This document shows, one piece after another, positions 26,801 through 39,165 of a stretch of DNA of 64,000 nucleotides. A model generated the notes under the pieces. That model did no database searches and was not told the origin of the DNA. It was given only the letters and a program-made list of their open reading frames with translations. The DNA comes from Nymphaea colorata (lineage: Eukaryota). Each line of letters begins with the position of its first letter. The stretch's first letter is position 1. Position numbers and translations under genes: made by a program. Location of the stretch: positions 23,870,001 through 23,934,000 of the forward strand of contig NC_045138.2 in assembly GCF_008831285.2 (NCBI RefSeq), given 5' to 3'.

Positions 26801-29444
26801 TGGTGACACTGATATTCACTAATATCACAAACATCACAGGTAATTAAAGGTTTGCTTTCCAACCTCCACATCAGCCTTTTTTTCATTTTACCAGCAATCA
26901 TTGTATAGTCTATTCCATAGCCCGAAATACTGTTCTTGGAAATTTCTCAGAAAAGGAACGTTTTTTCAAACTTTTTCTCTTATGAAAATCTCAGGAGTTC
27001 AATATTTAGAAAATATATAATGAATTCTAAAAATTAAATATATAAAAATTCCAAAAGAATTTCAAGCTCCTTTTTTTTTTCCCACATTCATATTCTGATG
27101 TCCTTTCTGTTCCTCACTTTTGTGACTTTCAGAGGCATTAAGCTAACCAGACTTATTTTACCACCATGTTTGCCTCACAAGAACCTTTTGACGTTCTCAA
27201 GAACTCAAAAACTTCACTACATGGTACATACTAAGTAGACAGTGACCTTGATTATATTTCATGATCATTGCTAAAAAATGGGAAAGTTTTTTTATCAAAA
27301 AATGCAAAACAAAAAGGGAAAATAAAGCAAAAAAGGGAAGTAGCAATGTTTAACAAAAGATCAAAATAAAACTGCATCTTTGTAGCATTCTTTCAATTTT
27401 TTTCCCTTCATCAGGAATTTTTTTCAATACATATTAATTTTTTAGGGTTTCTTTCATTGCAACAAATAACATTCTCAGGTTTTGAACAGCAAGGTCTTTT
27501 TCAAGCATCATTTGGCAGAGTTAATTTGATCAAGAAAATCTTAACTTTTAGGTAAAGATAACATACATGACAAACTAATAAAGACAAAAAAAATAGATAA
27601 ATGATGAAAACTAATTTTTTGATGATGATAAATAATTTATGTTCAAAGTTTAACCCATGATATTAATGATGAAAAAGAGAAAAATAAAACAAGGGAAGAA
27701 AAGGGAGAAAATGGGAAAAAATTGCATTCCAACATTAATTATATAAATTACATTAATCATATATATAAATGACATTAATCATATATAATAATTTATTGGT
27801 TTACTAACTTTATTTGATTATATCCTTAACCATTTCTTTATTTTTTGTTGTGAGGAGCTTACCATGAATCCGCTAACTTCTGTTTTTTTTTTTTCAAAAA
27901 TGAGGTTTTTTCATTTTTTTTTCTATTTTTTAATATGAGTATCATGTTTTTTTTTTCAGAAAAAGAATATTTTTCTGAATATTTTGAGCAATGTTTTATT
28001 GTAAAACTCATAAAAAGTGAAATGCTATCATCAGAACCCATATTATGGCTTCATAGTTAGACAAGGATTTGTTTTTTACTAGAGAGCCGAGAGGTTTGCT
28101 TCATATGATAACAAGTTGCTTGTGATTGATTGTTGATGCCAACAACGTGCGGCTCCCCTCCAAGTGGCCAAATGCACAGGATCGTCATTGAAGATTCCAG
28201 CATGCTTCTCACTAGGTGAGGGTAGCGTGGCCTACACAACGAGGGTGGCAAGGATTGAGTACTACAGGTGATTAGGTGGGGAGGAGTTGATGCAGATCAC
28301 TGCCAGATTTTGCGGGGTAAGATCCAATAAGACCAATATGCTCCTCCCTTCGCAGGCTGACTAGCTGGTAGTGGCTGACTGACTGGCCCAATGGGCTCCC
28401 TGTTTCACAGATTCTGACCACTCCAATGGCGAATGACATGTATTCGCTTGATCACCAAGGTGGTGATCTACTAACCTATTATTGTAGGTTGACAACTTTG
28501 GCGCCCTACATCCTTGGATCAGGACACATGATGCAAATGCATGTTATCTAGGTAGAGAAGGGGTTTGGCTCTAGAGGTGTGGCTATGGTTTTGTTTAACA
28601 TATTATCAAATATTTTGATGAATGCTTTTGTAATAAAATTGATAAAAAAATAAAAATTTTCATGTTTTTCTTATTTTTTATATGTTTTAAATTTTTCTGA
28701 ACTCCCAAGATTTTCCCAAGCTAAAGTAAGCTTTCATGTTAAGACCCAATAAAATCTTTGCCAATAAAAAAAAAAAAAAACCAAGAAGGATATATTTTCA
28801 CTGGACACAATACCAAGGAGGGGCTTATTTATATCTCAAAATAAAATTATTAAACCCCTGCAAACAATAAATGCATCTAAAAACTAGGAAAGGAATTATC
28901 ATGGGCTAATTGGTTCAATAGGTTAGCAAATTGATGTCCAAAAGTACATGGTACTAAACAGAAGCAATACTAGAACGCAGATATCTTTTCATCATTAATA
29001 GATTCATTCAAGAAAAGGACTACCTGGAGTACCCTGAATTTACAACAATCAGGCAGAAACAATTAGGTGACTATCGACAAAGAAATTGGAGTTCTAAGAA
29101 ACACGATATTTTTCAGACATAGCTTTCATCATTAATAGCTTCACTCAATATGATGAAAGAAATACAGTTATATAAGGAAAAAAATGCTTTCTAACAGAAA
29201 TATTACCATATCTGCATAGTTAGATTTCCTGTCCTCCTCTCTACCTCCAAAAGAAACATGATACTTCTCATACCTAATGTATCACAATAACAAAATGGCA
29301 AATTACATATAAAATACTATGAATATGCAGTAAAATGTACACATTTCAAACAACAAATAAATGCAAGAAATTGATCAATAAATGCATATATATTTAAATG
29401 TCTGATGGGTGTCTACCAGGAAATTACTAGATTACTGTCTGATG

Positions 29445-29481
<37 letters not shown>

Positions 29482-32400
29482 AGTTATGCCTACCCACAGT
29501 AGCTTTTTGTTGTGCTACGTATCCAGGCAACAGCTCTACTTCATAACAAAAATTCCCTTAAAATAGTAAAGTGTAAGATACAGATGTTGTTCATACTGTG
29601 TTTTTGGTTCTACTTCAAGTCTTCAACCCTTGAAGAATTGAGTAATCAGTTCCATTACTAACATTCCTTCTTACAATTGTTAACCAGTATCCAAAAAGAA
29701 TGTGTATATTTGAGAACTAATCTTAGTTGACTGGTTTAAGACTTTAACAGACCATCAGCAACCAGTCAGACTTGTTCACTGCCCCCACTTCCCACAATAT
29801 GAAACCTGGGAACGATGTAGTAACATCAGGTTGAATGATGATATGATGGATGAAAGAATACGCGTATCTACTCTAAGAAACTAGCGACTGCATACTTTCT
29901 GAACAGTGAGGTAGTTTTAGTTCATTGACATGCAGTTGGTGTTTATCCAACCAGGAATTGTCACTGTTGTCTGTTTCTGTCATAAAGTTACTTTATATGA
30001 TTTTATGCATTCGCCAAAATTTCTTTCAGCACCCTTTATCAAATCTCAGCTGCACAGCTGACGGTCTACCTTTTCATCTTGGCACTGTCGCTGGTATAGC
30101 AGCGATGCTCCCATAAACTGCCTCCTGTGGTGTCATTACTGTTGCTGAATACCAAGACAAGAGTGTTATAAGAATAGTCAGCCATGCTAGATACTTGGCC
30201 TAGCTATGAGGTTGTTTCCCTACAAAAGATTGCAGATGGATCTACAACATCTGAATAACAACTTTGGTTTGACCATTGATTGCAGATGATAAGTGGAGCT
30301 GATACGGAGTTTGATCCCTTGCAACGCAAAGTACTCACGCATTACAAACTCAGAAATAATAGTCTCTCAATCACTTGCCACTGTTCTTGGCATACAATGT
30401 GACTTGCCCATATTTAAATAAAAAGCCTCGGCCACTATCCACGTTGTGTATGGGTGGCATAATGGAATTAAGTGCCTAAATGGACCGATTCCGATGGGTG
30501 GTCCACCACCACTAATAATCACTGTCTTCCCTTGTGGTTCCAGCAGCACTTCAGTGAAATCTAGTAAAATGCCTTCCCAAATTTGTTAAGGAATTGGCAA
30601 AGGCTGCATTAGGCCTAGGGTCAGATGACCATGTACTTGTTCCTTTGGCACAGATAACAGTTTTGTACCAATTGCTTCATGCTACCCACATTCCTTTCCA
30701 ATAGAGAGAAAACTTCAAGCACCTAAGGCCTAAGGAATCATTCTAAACATGCACGACCTGCTTCAGGTGACCTATGAAAATTCTCCAACAAAGTAGGAAT
30801 CAACAGCGAATGTGGAAACAAGTAAATCCAAACATCATGACATGACATTTGATTATTCTCCCCTCATTGAGGATGGGAGGCTGGTTCCTCTATAACTTGC
30901 CGCATTAATCACTGTAGCTTTGAGGAATTCCTGTATTCCATGGATAGTCTTTCCCTACAATTTTGTCATGGGAATCCATAAAACGTGCAACTATCAAAAA
31001 CATAGCCTAACTGCTTGGAGTTTCATCTTTGCTGTTACAACATTGAAATTTTCTAATCCACCAGACACTGCAGACTTCAGTGATCAATTAAGACTATGAA
31101 CAGTCACCCTAGCAATGTTGTACGTATCGTATGATACGACCCCGTATCGTACGATACGTATCGTATCGTTTGAAGAAAACGATACGATACACCCCTCGTA
31201 TCGTAAAAAGGGGGTGTATCGGCCCTGTATCGCACGTATCGTACGATACAGGGCCCGTATCGTACGATACGGGGCGATACACCCCGTATCGTACGATACG
31301 GCCTAAAAACGCAAAAGGGGGCCGAGACCTACTTATTCGGCTTCTTTTTCAAATTTTTCTTCCGTTCTTCATTTCTAACGCTTGGATAGTGCCGTGAGGG
31401 AGGGCGATCGTTCATTTTGACCGTGAAGAACTTGATTTTCATCGTCAAATCGAAGATTAAGTGGTCGATTTGTGCGTGGGTGCTTGATTTTCGTGGGAAG
31501 GAAAGGGGTTTTCTTCATTTCAGACATTTCTTCTTCGTAAGGTATGAAATCTCATGTTCTTACCATGTATTCTTAATTTTTTACCGTATAATCGTAGATT
31601 TGAAGACTTTGAGTGTTTTTCATTAAGTTTACCATAGGATTTCGTTTTTTTTTTTGAAGATATGGATCCTACATGGCAATGGTGCGAAAGGGTGAAGGAG
31701 AATAACCGTTTGAAACTCAAATGTGGCTTCTGTGGAAATACACTTTCAGGAGGGATTATTAGAATGAAACACCATTTGGCAGGGACCTCCAAAGATGCGT
31801 CTCCTTGTGTTGGAGGACCAAACAAACCTTTGCCTCCATTTGTGCGTCAACAATGTTTAGATATGCTTCATGCTTTACGTCAAAAGAGAATACAAAAAGA
31901 AATTGAAGATGCAGATGTAGGCTATAATGTGCCTTTGGAAGATGAAGAAGAAGAGGATGAAGCTTATGAATGTGATGATGAAGACGATAGCAGTCTAAGA
32001 ACAGATTTGGAGACCTCAAGAGGTAGAGATCGTAGAGGAAAAGGGATTATGTATGAAGGAGGTCAATCTGGCATAACGGGAAGGAAGAGGAGAGGCACAA
32101 CAGATGTTAGGGCCAGGCGTGGTATGCGACCACCTAGTGGTAGAGTTCCTACTGGTAGGTCTAGTGTTGGCTCTATTAAGAGTTTTTTCCCTTCATATAC
32201 CAGCCCAGGTGGTCAGCCGCAGATTCGTGCTGCTATGACATCTAAAGATATGCTATATCATGCACAAAAGCAGGTAGGGAAATGGTTTTATGATGCCTGT
32301 ATTCCATTCAATGCAGCTAATTCTTTTCAATTCCAAGCCATGGCAAATGCAATTGCTTCTATAGGCCCCGGATTCAAAATGCCATCATATCATCAGTTGA

Positions 32401-35400
32401 GAGGCAAAATTCTTCAGGATACAGTCAAAGAAGTGTCTGAGCATTGCGATGAGTTGAAATTATGTTGGAAGGAAACAGGTTGCTCCATTATGTCAGATGG
32501 TTGGACTGATACAAGGTCAAGAACACTTGTAAATTTTCTTGTGTATTGCCCTAAAGGTACAATGTTCTTGAAATCTCTTGACTTGTCTGATGTTTCTAAG
32601 ACTGCTGAGATTTTATTCAATGTTTTTGATAATGTTGTACAAGAAGTTGGACCTGCAAACATTGTACAGTTTATTACAGATAATGCTGCAAATTATAGAG
32701 CTGCAGGAGATTTGTTATTTCAAAAGTATAGAACATTTTATTGGAGTCCATGTGCCACTCATTGTGTTAATCTATTGCTTCAAGATCTTAATGAGATGCA
32801 TGATATGAAATCAGTCATTGACCAATGTCAAGAGGTAACAAAATTTATCTATAATCATGCATATGTATTGAGTTTGATGAGAAAATTTACAAAAGGTGTT
32901 GAATTAATACGACCTGCACAAACTAGATTTGCCACAAATGTATTGACTGTGCAGAGTGTGGTGAAACAAAGAACTCCTTTGAGACAGATGTTTGCTAGTG
33001 AAGAATGGGCTGCATATCCACATGCTCATAAAAGAAATGCTTCTTTAGTTGTGGATATTATATTCAATAACGTATTTTGGGAATCATGTGTGAAGCTATT
33101 GAAGGTTTGTGTTCCATTAGTTAAGGTTCTCAGGTTGGCTGACAGCGAGGACAGACCTTCTATAGGGTACTTATATGAGGCTATGGACAAAGCAAAAGAG
33201 GCAATTCGAGACAACTTAAAGGAAAAGAAAAAGTTATATATGCCCATATGGAAGATTATAGATAAAAGGTGGACTGGACAGCTTCATCAACCTCTTCATG
33301 CAGCAGCTTATTATCTAAATCCTGCAATTAGATTTTCTCCTACATTTAAGAAGGACAGAGAAGTCATGCATGGTTTGTTAGATTGTATTAATGTGTTAGT
33401 GGAAGATTCTACAGAACAAGATGCTGTGCACAATGAGTTGGATCTATATGATAGTTGTTTTCGGAACATGGGACTACCTGCCGCCGTTCGAGCCAGGACA
33501 ACGATGCGTCCAGGTAAATACATAGAAATTTTTAATTTACTTTGCATTTGTTACATTTGATTCTTTTAAAACTTTCACATTGATTTGTTATATTTTTGTT
33601 TAGATTTGTGGTGGAATAGGTATGGGTTTGATTGTCCAAACCTAGCACGTTTTGCAGTCAAAGTCCTCAGCCAGACATGCAGTGCTAGTGGATGCGAAAG
33701 GAACTGGAGTGTGTTCCAACATATCCATAGCAAAAAAAGGAATAGGCTCGAACATAAAAGGTTGAATGACCTTGTCTTTGTTCGATATAATATGAGGTTG
33801 AAACAAAGGTAATATAGGCATATACCTTAATTAATGTTTACATTTTTATGTACAATATATTTATATGAAATTATATACTAACAAATTTTCTCTTATTTAA
33901 TGTAGAGAATTAGAAAAATCATTAGCAAGGAAGCACACATCTCAGTTCGATCCTATCAGCTTGGAAAATTTTGACGATCTAGAGCCATGGATTGAAGAAG
34001 AACCAACTACAATATTTGATGATGAAGATCTTGAATGCTTCAACCTTGAAGTTGAAGCAACAGAAGGCTTTGTTGATGAAGGAGAGTCTGCTACTGCTGG
34101 TGCTGGTGCTGAATATGTTGGTGAAGATCTTCCAATTCTTGACGATGAAGAAGAAGAAGAAGATGAAGATGAAGATGATGAAGATTATGAATGATGAATC
34201 ATGAATGAGAGTCAAGTCAAGAGTGCTTTCATTTTATATGTATCAAAAACTTAAGAGTTATGAATCTATGGTTGTTGAACACTTGATTGAATGTTTTATC
34301 ATTTATGACTTTATCACTTTATGGCTTATGGCCTTATGCTTTGTTGAATGATATTGTATTATTGTTATGAATTTTGATGTTTATGAATGATGAACGCGTA
34401 AGTTTATAGCAATAATAAGTCTATCATTATCTCAAACATGTTTTCTATGAACAATTTATTATTTTTAATTTTTTCTGATTTTTTTTATGAATTTTCCGAA
34501 TTTTTTTAAATTTTTTCTGATTTATTAATAATTTTTAAAAAAAATTTACGATACGGTTACGATACGTTACGATACGTTACGATACGGCGTATCTTAAAGC
34601 CCGACCGATACGGCTTACGATACGCGTTTTACAACATTGCACCCTAGGAGGTAAAGGGATGCCACTTATAGAAGGCCAATACCATGGCAATGAGCTTCCT
34701 CTCGTATGCAGAAAGAGAATGAAAGTTAGCAGTCATGGCTTTGCTGAAATAGGATGGGGGTGTTCGTTTTGTGTGAGCACTGTGCTGATCCCATTAATGG
34801 AGGCATTTGTCTCTACTTAGAAAAGCTGTGTAGTGTTGGCAACTTGATTATTGAAGCTGAAGTGATGGTGTACTTCAACTCTCTGAAAACTCGTTCAGCT
34901 TCGTCTTCCCACCAAAAATAGTCTTTCTTGAATAGAGCAGTTAAAGGCGCTGCTATTTGGCCATTGTGGCTATATAATGCATACAGTAATCTGTCAATCT
35001 CAAAAATCCCTTAACTGTCTTTAGAGGTTGTTTGGCAAGCAAAACACTTTGTGAGTGTACTATGAATCGCCCTAAGGATTAGGGTTGGTTCATGGACAAC
35101 TAGTTCTAGTCTTCCACGAAACTGCTCCAATCTTTAGGGTAGATTCATGGGGCACTCACATAATGTTCTAACTGCCAAACGTGAAACAACCCCTTAGAAG
35201 CTCAATCTCAGCCACTCCTTCAATACTTGAGTCTCCTCCAACTCCATTGCAACCTACCCTTGCGTTATGACATGCCCCATGTAGGTGAGACTTTGCTTCC
35301 TGAATCAGCACTTCCTGAGTTAAGCAAACAAGCTTGTGTTCTCTGAGCACTCTCAAGGTCTGTTTGATATTTGCAGGTGACTTGCCCAACTTTTGCTGAG

Positions 35401-38400
35401 AACTAAAATATCATGAAGAAACCAATACAATCTTTGTCCAATAGTGTTTAAACACTTCATACATGAGGGTTTGAAAAGCAGCAGGTGTGTTTGTCAATCC
35501 AAACCAAAGGGCATGATGAGAAATTCCTAATACCCTGCATGCATTCGGAACACAGTCCTATGCAAGTCCTCTGCCATTAAAATCTGATGATATCTTGCTT
35601 GTAAAATCAAGCAATAAATACTACTTGGCATAATAAATGGGGAAGCTTCCATCTTTCTTTTGGCCAACAATACAGGTTCTTCAAAAAGAACTTCAATTGG
35701 GTCTTATGATTCCAATACTCAACATCTATCAAACAGGCATTCAATCTCATTTTTTGGAGATTGGGCATCGTGGTAATTATTTGATTCACTATTACTCCCA
35801 TCTCTAGCTGCCCTCTAATTGATCGCAATCCATTGCACGAATGAAATACATCCCTGTACCCCTCGAGAATGGCTCGCAACTCCAGTGGATAACTTTTGGT
35901 ACCTTCCTGCAAACTATTCTTCTCAGATGCCTCCACAACTCCTACACGAAGCCAAAAAACCACACACTCAAAGCCCTCAAAGTCTTTGTCATGGCTTCAC
36001 TTTTTGCCTCAGACACGGTATGACCCTTTTGGGCGCTGAAATACACTTTGTCATCTATAGTTGAACGACATTGTCATTCCCATGAAATCCCAAGCACCTG
36101 GCCTAATGGTTGCAGCCACTCAATGCCCAAAACCACATCAGCCCCTTTCATAGGAAGCACAAACAAATCTAAGCAGAATTCGGCTTGTTGCACCCTTAGT
36201 TGTCAAGGCGTCTAGGTGCTGCTTAGGCACGGCGCTTAGCCTGAAAAGGCGTCCAATATCAAACAGGCATTGCCATTCCCATGAAATCCCAAGCACCTGG
36301 CCTAATGGTTGCAGCCACTCAATGCCCAAAACCACATCAGCCCCTTTCATAGGAAGCACAAACAAATCTAAGCAGAATTCGGCTTGTTGCTCCCTTAGTT
36401 GTCAAGGGGTCTAGGTGCTGCTTAGGCACCGCGCTTAGCCTAAAAAGGCGTCCAATATCAAAAAGATTTTTATTTTGTTACTAACACTTCCGTTCTTTGA
36501 GAACTCTTATGTTAAGTCATATCTAGTTAAAATTGCTTGCCATAATATAGAATTGTGTTTAGTCTGTAAATGAAGATGAAGAAATTTACCAATATTTAAC
36601 AAACTTTTATTATGTTACTTGTGTACTGAATGTTTGATGACCATGAACTGATAAGTGTATGCATCAAAGAGGATTTTTACAACATAGTAATTTAGGAAAT
36701 GTCTTGCGCTTCAAGTGTGGACTATCATTACCTAGTTCATATTGTTTCTTTGCAAGTTGATATTGTTTCTTTGCAGATCTAACATTAGACTATGTTGAAG
36801 TGAGGTTTGCATGTATTTCTCTGATTACTAGACATGCACTAAACAAGAGAAACTGGTGGTCCTTTTAACACAAACCTAGGTTTTAAAATGGATAAGAAGG
36901 CTGGCATAGGTTCCACAAAATATGTTTTAGAGCACATAAGATATATACAAAAATTCATGGTTTTAGAGAATATGTAGTTAACGTATGGCTGGAAATTCAA
37001 CTTAATGAGTTGATATAGAATATGTAATTAATGTATAGAAAACTGTACTTAAGGAACAGAAGTTATACACTATAACAGCACATAATATAAGTATATACAG
37101 TATAACAGTGTCTAATAAAATTACAGGACTTTAATTTGAAGGGAAGGTGACTTTTCACCTTCCCATGGACAAGGAGTGTAGCGCCTAGTCCAGCCCAGGC
37201 ACCAGTCTAACACCCGTCGCCCTAAGTGATGAACTTAGCGACGGGTGTGGAGTCACGGCTAGGCATGGCCTAGACGATGCCTTTACAACTAAGGCCGCAC
37301 CTCAAATTTCACCCAAGGGCAGCTTCCTTCACCCTTTTAGCACATTCCCATCACCCACCACCATGTCAAAGCTGGGTTGGGATCATATCTCGCAACCAAC
37401 CATATGTGCCATGTCATAACATACAAAATTGTGTGATGAACCTGCGTCCACCAGTATGTCAATGCCTTTCATTTATCCTCCATGTCAGCCTCATCGCTTA
37501 CAACACATAGACAACAATAAGGAAATTTTTGGCTTGCTTTTTTTGTCCATCAACTGTTCAGGCCACTCCTCAAATTCTTCATTGAATTCCTACACCAAGT
37601 ACATGTGAAGGACCACACATCTATGTCCCAGTGCCAATTTTCATCGCTTGGTAGCATACCCCTCTCTGTGATCATTACGTCACATGCTCTTGTTACACAT
37701 GTAAAGTAAAAGACAAAACTCAAGGCTGATTTTATGCTATAAACTTAGTTTCAAGGTTTTTCTTGTAGGAACTTATTTTTTTCCTCAAAAAGTACGCCTG
37801 TTAAATTGCTTAGAAACTTCAACAAGCCATACATAACGAGAAAATATTCATGTTGATAACCACTTAAGAATTGAGACTAATTTAAGTGGACAAATTTTTT
37901 ACTATTTCTAATGAAAGTGTGCATGTTGTAGGTAGCATATACTTGCTATTTTCTTATCTTTGTGAAATTCAAGTTCTTTATATAGAGAACATTTCCCTAA
38001 TTTTTTCTTATTATTTTGCATTTTTCCGATTTCTAAATTTCAAGTGAATTTTTAATTTTAAAAGAATCAAATTTTTGAGTTTTAATGTTAAGTTACATGT
38101 CTAACTTCGGACCCAACTAATACAGGTTACACTATGCATTTTACAACAATATTGTGAGTTGAGGCTATTGTTATGCATCTAACTTTGGAGCAGACCGATA
38201 CAGGTTAAGTTATGCATATGACAACATTGTCCGTGACTGGTGTTAAGGGAGGAAGATTAATCATCATCACTCAACTTCATCTAGAAAATGTCATGGACAT
38301 CTCTAATAAAAGCATTCATTCATTATGGTTAAAAAGTAAAAGCCAGAATCCGAAATTTGAACCAGAAGAAACAAAAAAGACAGTGTGATCATACATCTCA

Positions 38401-38887
38401 TAAGAAAAGAGGATCACTTTTGTCAACATTGCGTATTGTTTCAGTAAATTGACGTGGATGTTAACAGAAGGGAGTAAGACAGAACACAAAAGCAGCTGAT
38501 TTTCACGACCAAATTTTTTTAACAGATGCTACCAAAGACATGTCAAAACATGAAAAACATAGAGCTTCAATCATTACGATTGAAAAAAGTATCTTTTAAA
38601 AAAAAAGAAAAAACATTGACCAGAAATCTTATAAGAAGAAAAATCAAAATAAAAGCAGAGACAACCATGCAGAGCATCAAGAAATAGCATCAAAAGAAAA
38701 GGATGAGGAAATCCGTGATGTGCTGCGACTAGATTATGCATCATTAAGATGTTACCAAAACAAGAAATCTGTTTGGCAACCAAAAAGAAGGTAAAGAAAC
38801 GGTAGCATACTGATCAACGGCCGACAGCACCTCCTTCTTCTCGATCTTTCCCCCCACCGACGTCGCAAGATCTAGTGCTCCAGACAT
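15863..38887 (-). CDS. SMT1: Sterol C24-methyltransferase 1 (cycloartenol C-24 methyltransferase), 13 coding exons, 348 aa
   Basis: Exons in transcript order: 38887-38811, 29273-29207, 26594-26521, 26326-26242, 26144-26089, 24686-24632, 23896-23849, 23682-23599, 23495-23379, 18440-18357, 18245-18120, 17784-17687, 15938-15863. All introns are GT-AG with consistent phases; total 1047 nt, open. Protein starts [31 protein letters not shown] and contains [11 protein letters not shown] (SMT region I), [11 protein letters not shown] (SAM motif), [29 protein letters not shown], and ends [23 protein letters not shown]. Confidence 0.96.
15978..16355. mobile_element. hAT-type MITE in the last SMT1 intron
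   Basis: Termini CATTGTCACA / TGTGACAATA. Degenerate 8-bp TSD GTTCAGAT / GTTTAAAT. AT-rich non-coding interior. Confidence 0.6.
16817..16866. repeat. (CT)n microsatellite
   Basis: Directly visible. Confidence 0.95.
17215..17395. repeat. Imperfect long inverted repeat (foldback, probably MULE/MITE-derived)
   Basis: Left arm CTAAACTTTTTACAAGAAA..AATATGCTTAAGTTTGGATTTT..CATTTAA pairs with right arm TTAAATGAAAATCAAAGCTTAAGCATATT..TTGTAAAAATTTTAG. Arms are ~75 bp around a ~27-nt loop. Confidence 0.75.
17818..17868. repeat. (GA)n microsatellite
   Basis: Directly visible. Confidence 0.95.
19100..20440 (+). pseudogene. Highly decayed hAT transposase (DUF659-type) in an SMT1 intron
   Basis: [32 protein letters not shown] (19242-), AAHCLD (~19890), KFIYNH (~19971), [15 protein letters not shown] (~20258), [10 protein letters not shown] (~20390). 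Colinear with the intact transposase at 31662. Confidence 0.8.
20860..21330 (+). mobile_element. LINE ORF2 internal fragment
   Basis: [43 protein letters not shown], typical of the L1 endonuclease-RT linker. Confidence 0.8.
24806..25694. mobile_element. Probable non-autonomous hAT-like element
   Basis: Degenerate TIRs CTATATCACGTAGGTGCA / TGCATCCATGTGACTTAG, subterminal GGTGC repeats, and degenerate 8-bp TSD GTAATAAA / ATTATAAA. Confidence 0.5.
31113..34639 (+). mobile_element. Full-length, potentially autonomous hAT DNA transposon (3527 bp)
   Basis: TIRs CAATGTTGTA (31113) / TACAACATTG (34639). Perfect 8-bp TSD CACCCTAG at 31105-31112 and 34640-34647. Subterminal CGTATCGTA/TACGATACG arrays at both ends. 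Intact transposase. Confidence 0.96.
31662..34194 (+). CDS. hAT transposase (BED zinc finger, DUF659/RNase H-like DDE core, hAT dimerisation domain), 3 exons, 781 aa
   Basis: Exons 31662-33513, 33604-33808, 33906-34194; GT-AG introns, phases match, 2346 nt open. Motifs W..CGFC..HHL..C (BED), [48 protein letters not shown]. Acidic C-terminal tail. Confidence 0.93.
36069..36462. repeat. 199-bp tandem duplication (Gypsy protease segment plus the left end of a hAT-like element)
   Basis: Copies start at ~36069 and ~36268 and are near identical. Confidence 0.92.
36394..37293. mobile_element. Non-autonomous hAT-like element inserted in the Gypsy protease region (left end duplicated at 36195)
   Basis: Termini CTTAGTTGTCAAGG / CCTTTACAACTAAG. 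8-bp TSD GTTGCACC (36187-36194; GTTGCTCC in copy 2) versus GCCGCACC (37294-37301). Gypsy protease sequence resumes on both sides. Confidence 0.75.
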
Positions 38888-38888
38888 C

Positions 38889-39122
38889 CTGTATTCTCGG
38901 AAGACACACGGAATAGCTCAAGACATTTGAAACTCGGACTAGATACAGTAAACCAAGAAAACAGAAACAGTAATTTATAGCGACAGCATAAGATGCGGAA
39001 AAGAACAAATCCGTCCTTCCAACTTTCTTTCAAAAGGCGACCAGAGAAACAAAATGACATGGAAAAAGAAACTCATATCTCGGACCTTCGCTTTTTCTAA
39101 GAGAAAGCATACCTCTGTGTGT

Positions 39123-39165
<43 letters not shown>

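Larger units (their letters stand above)
29480..37700 (-). mobile_element. Decayed Ty3/Gypsy retrotransposon internal region in SMT1 coding intron 1, interrupted by two DNA transposons; ends approximate, LTRs not identified
   Basis: Minus-strand order is protease [13 protein letters not shown] (~37440) and [11 protein letters not shown] (~36130/36330), [19 protein letters not shown] (~35500), RNase H YFSKAM..SAYERKL..KWHP (~34700), integrase [34 protein letters not shown] (~30400-30700). The PR-RT-RH-INT order indicates Gypsy. Confidence 0.85.

Noticed and set aside
28050..28590. GC-richer intronic segment, possible extra exon or LINE fragment
   Set aside because: The SMT1 model is complete without it and no diagnostic motif was recognised.
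31113..31310. Short palindromic repeats next to a large nuclease-fold ORF, superficially CRISPR-like
   Set aside because: No constant-length repeat-spacer structure. These are hAT subterminal repeats in intron-containing plant DNA.
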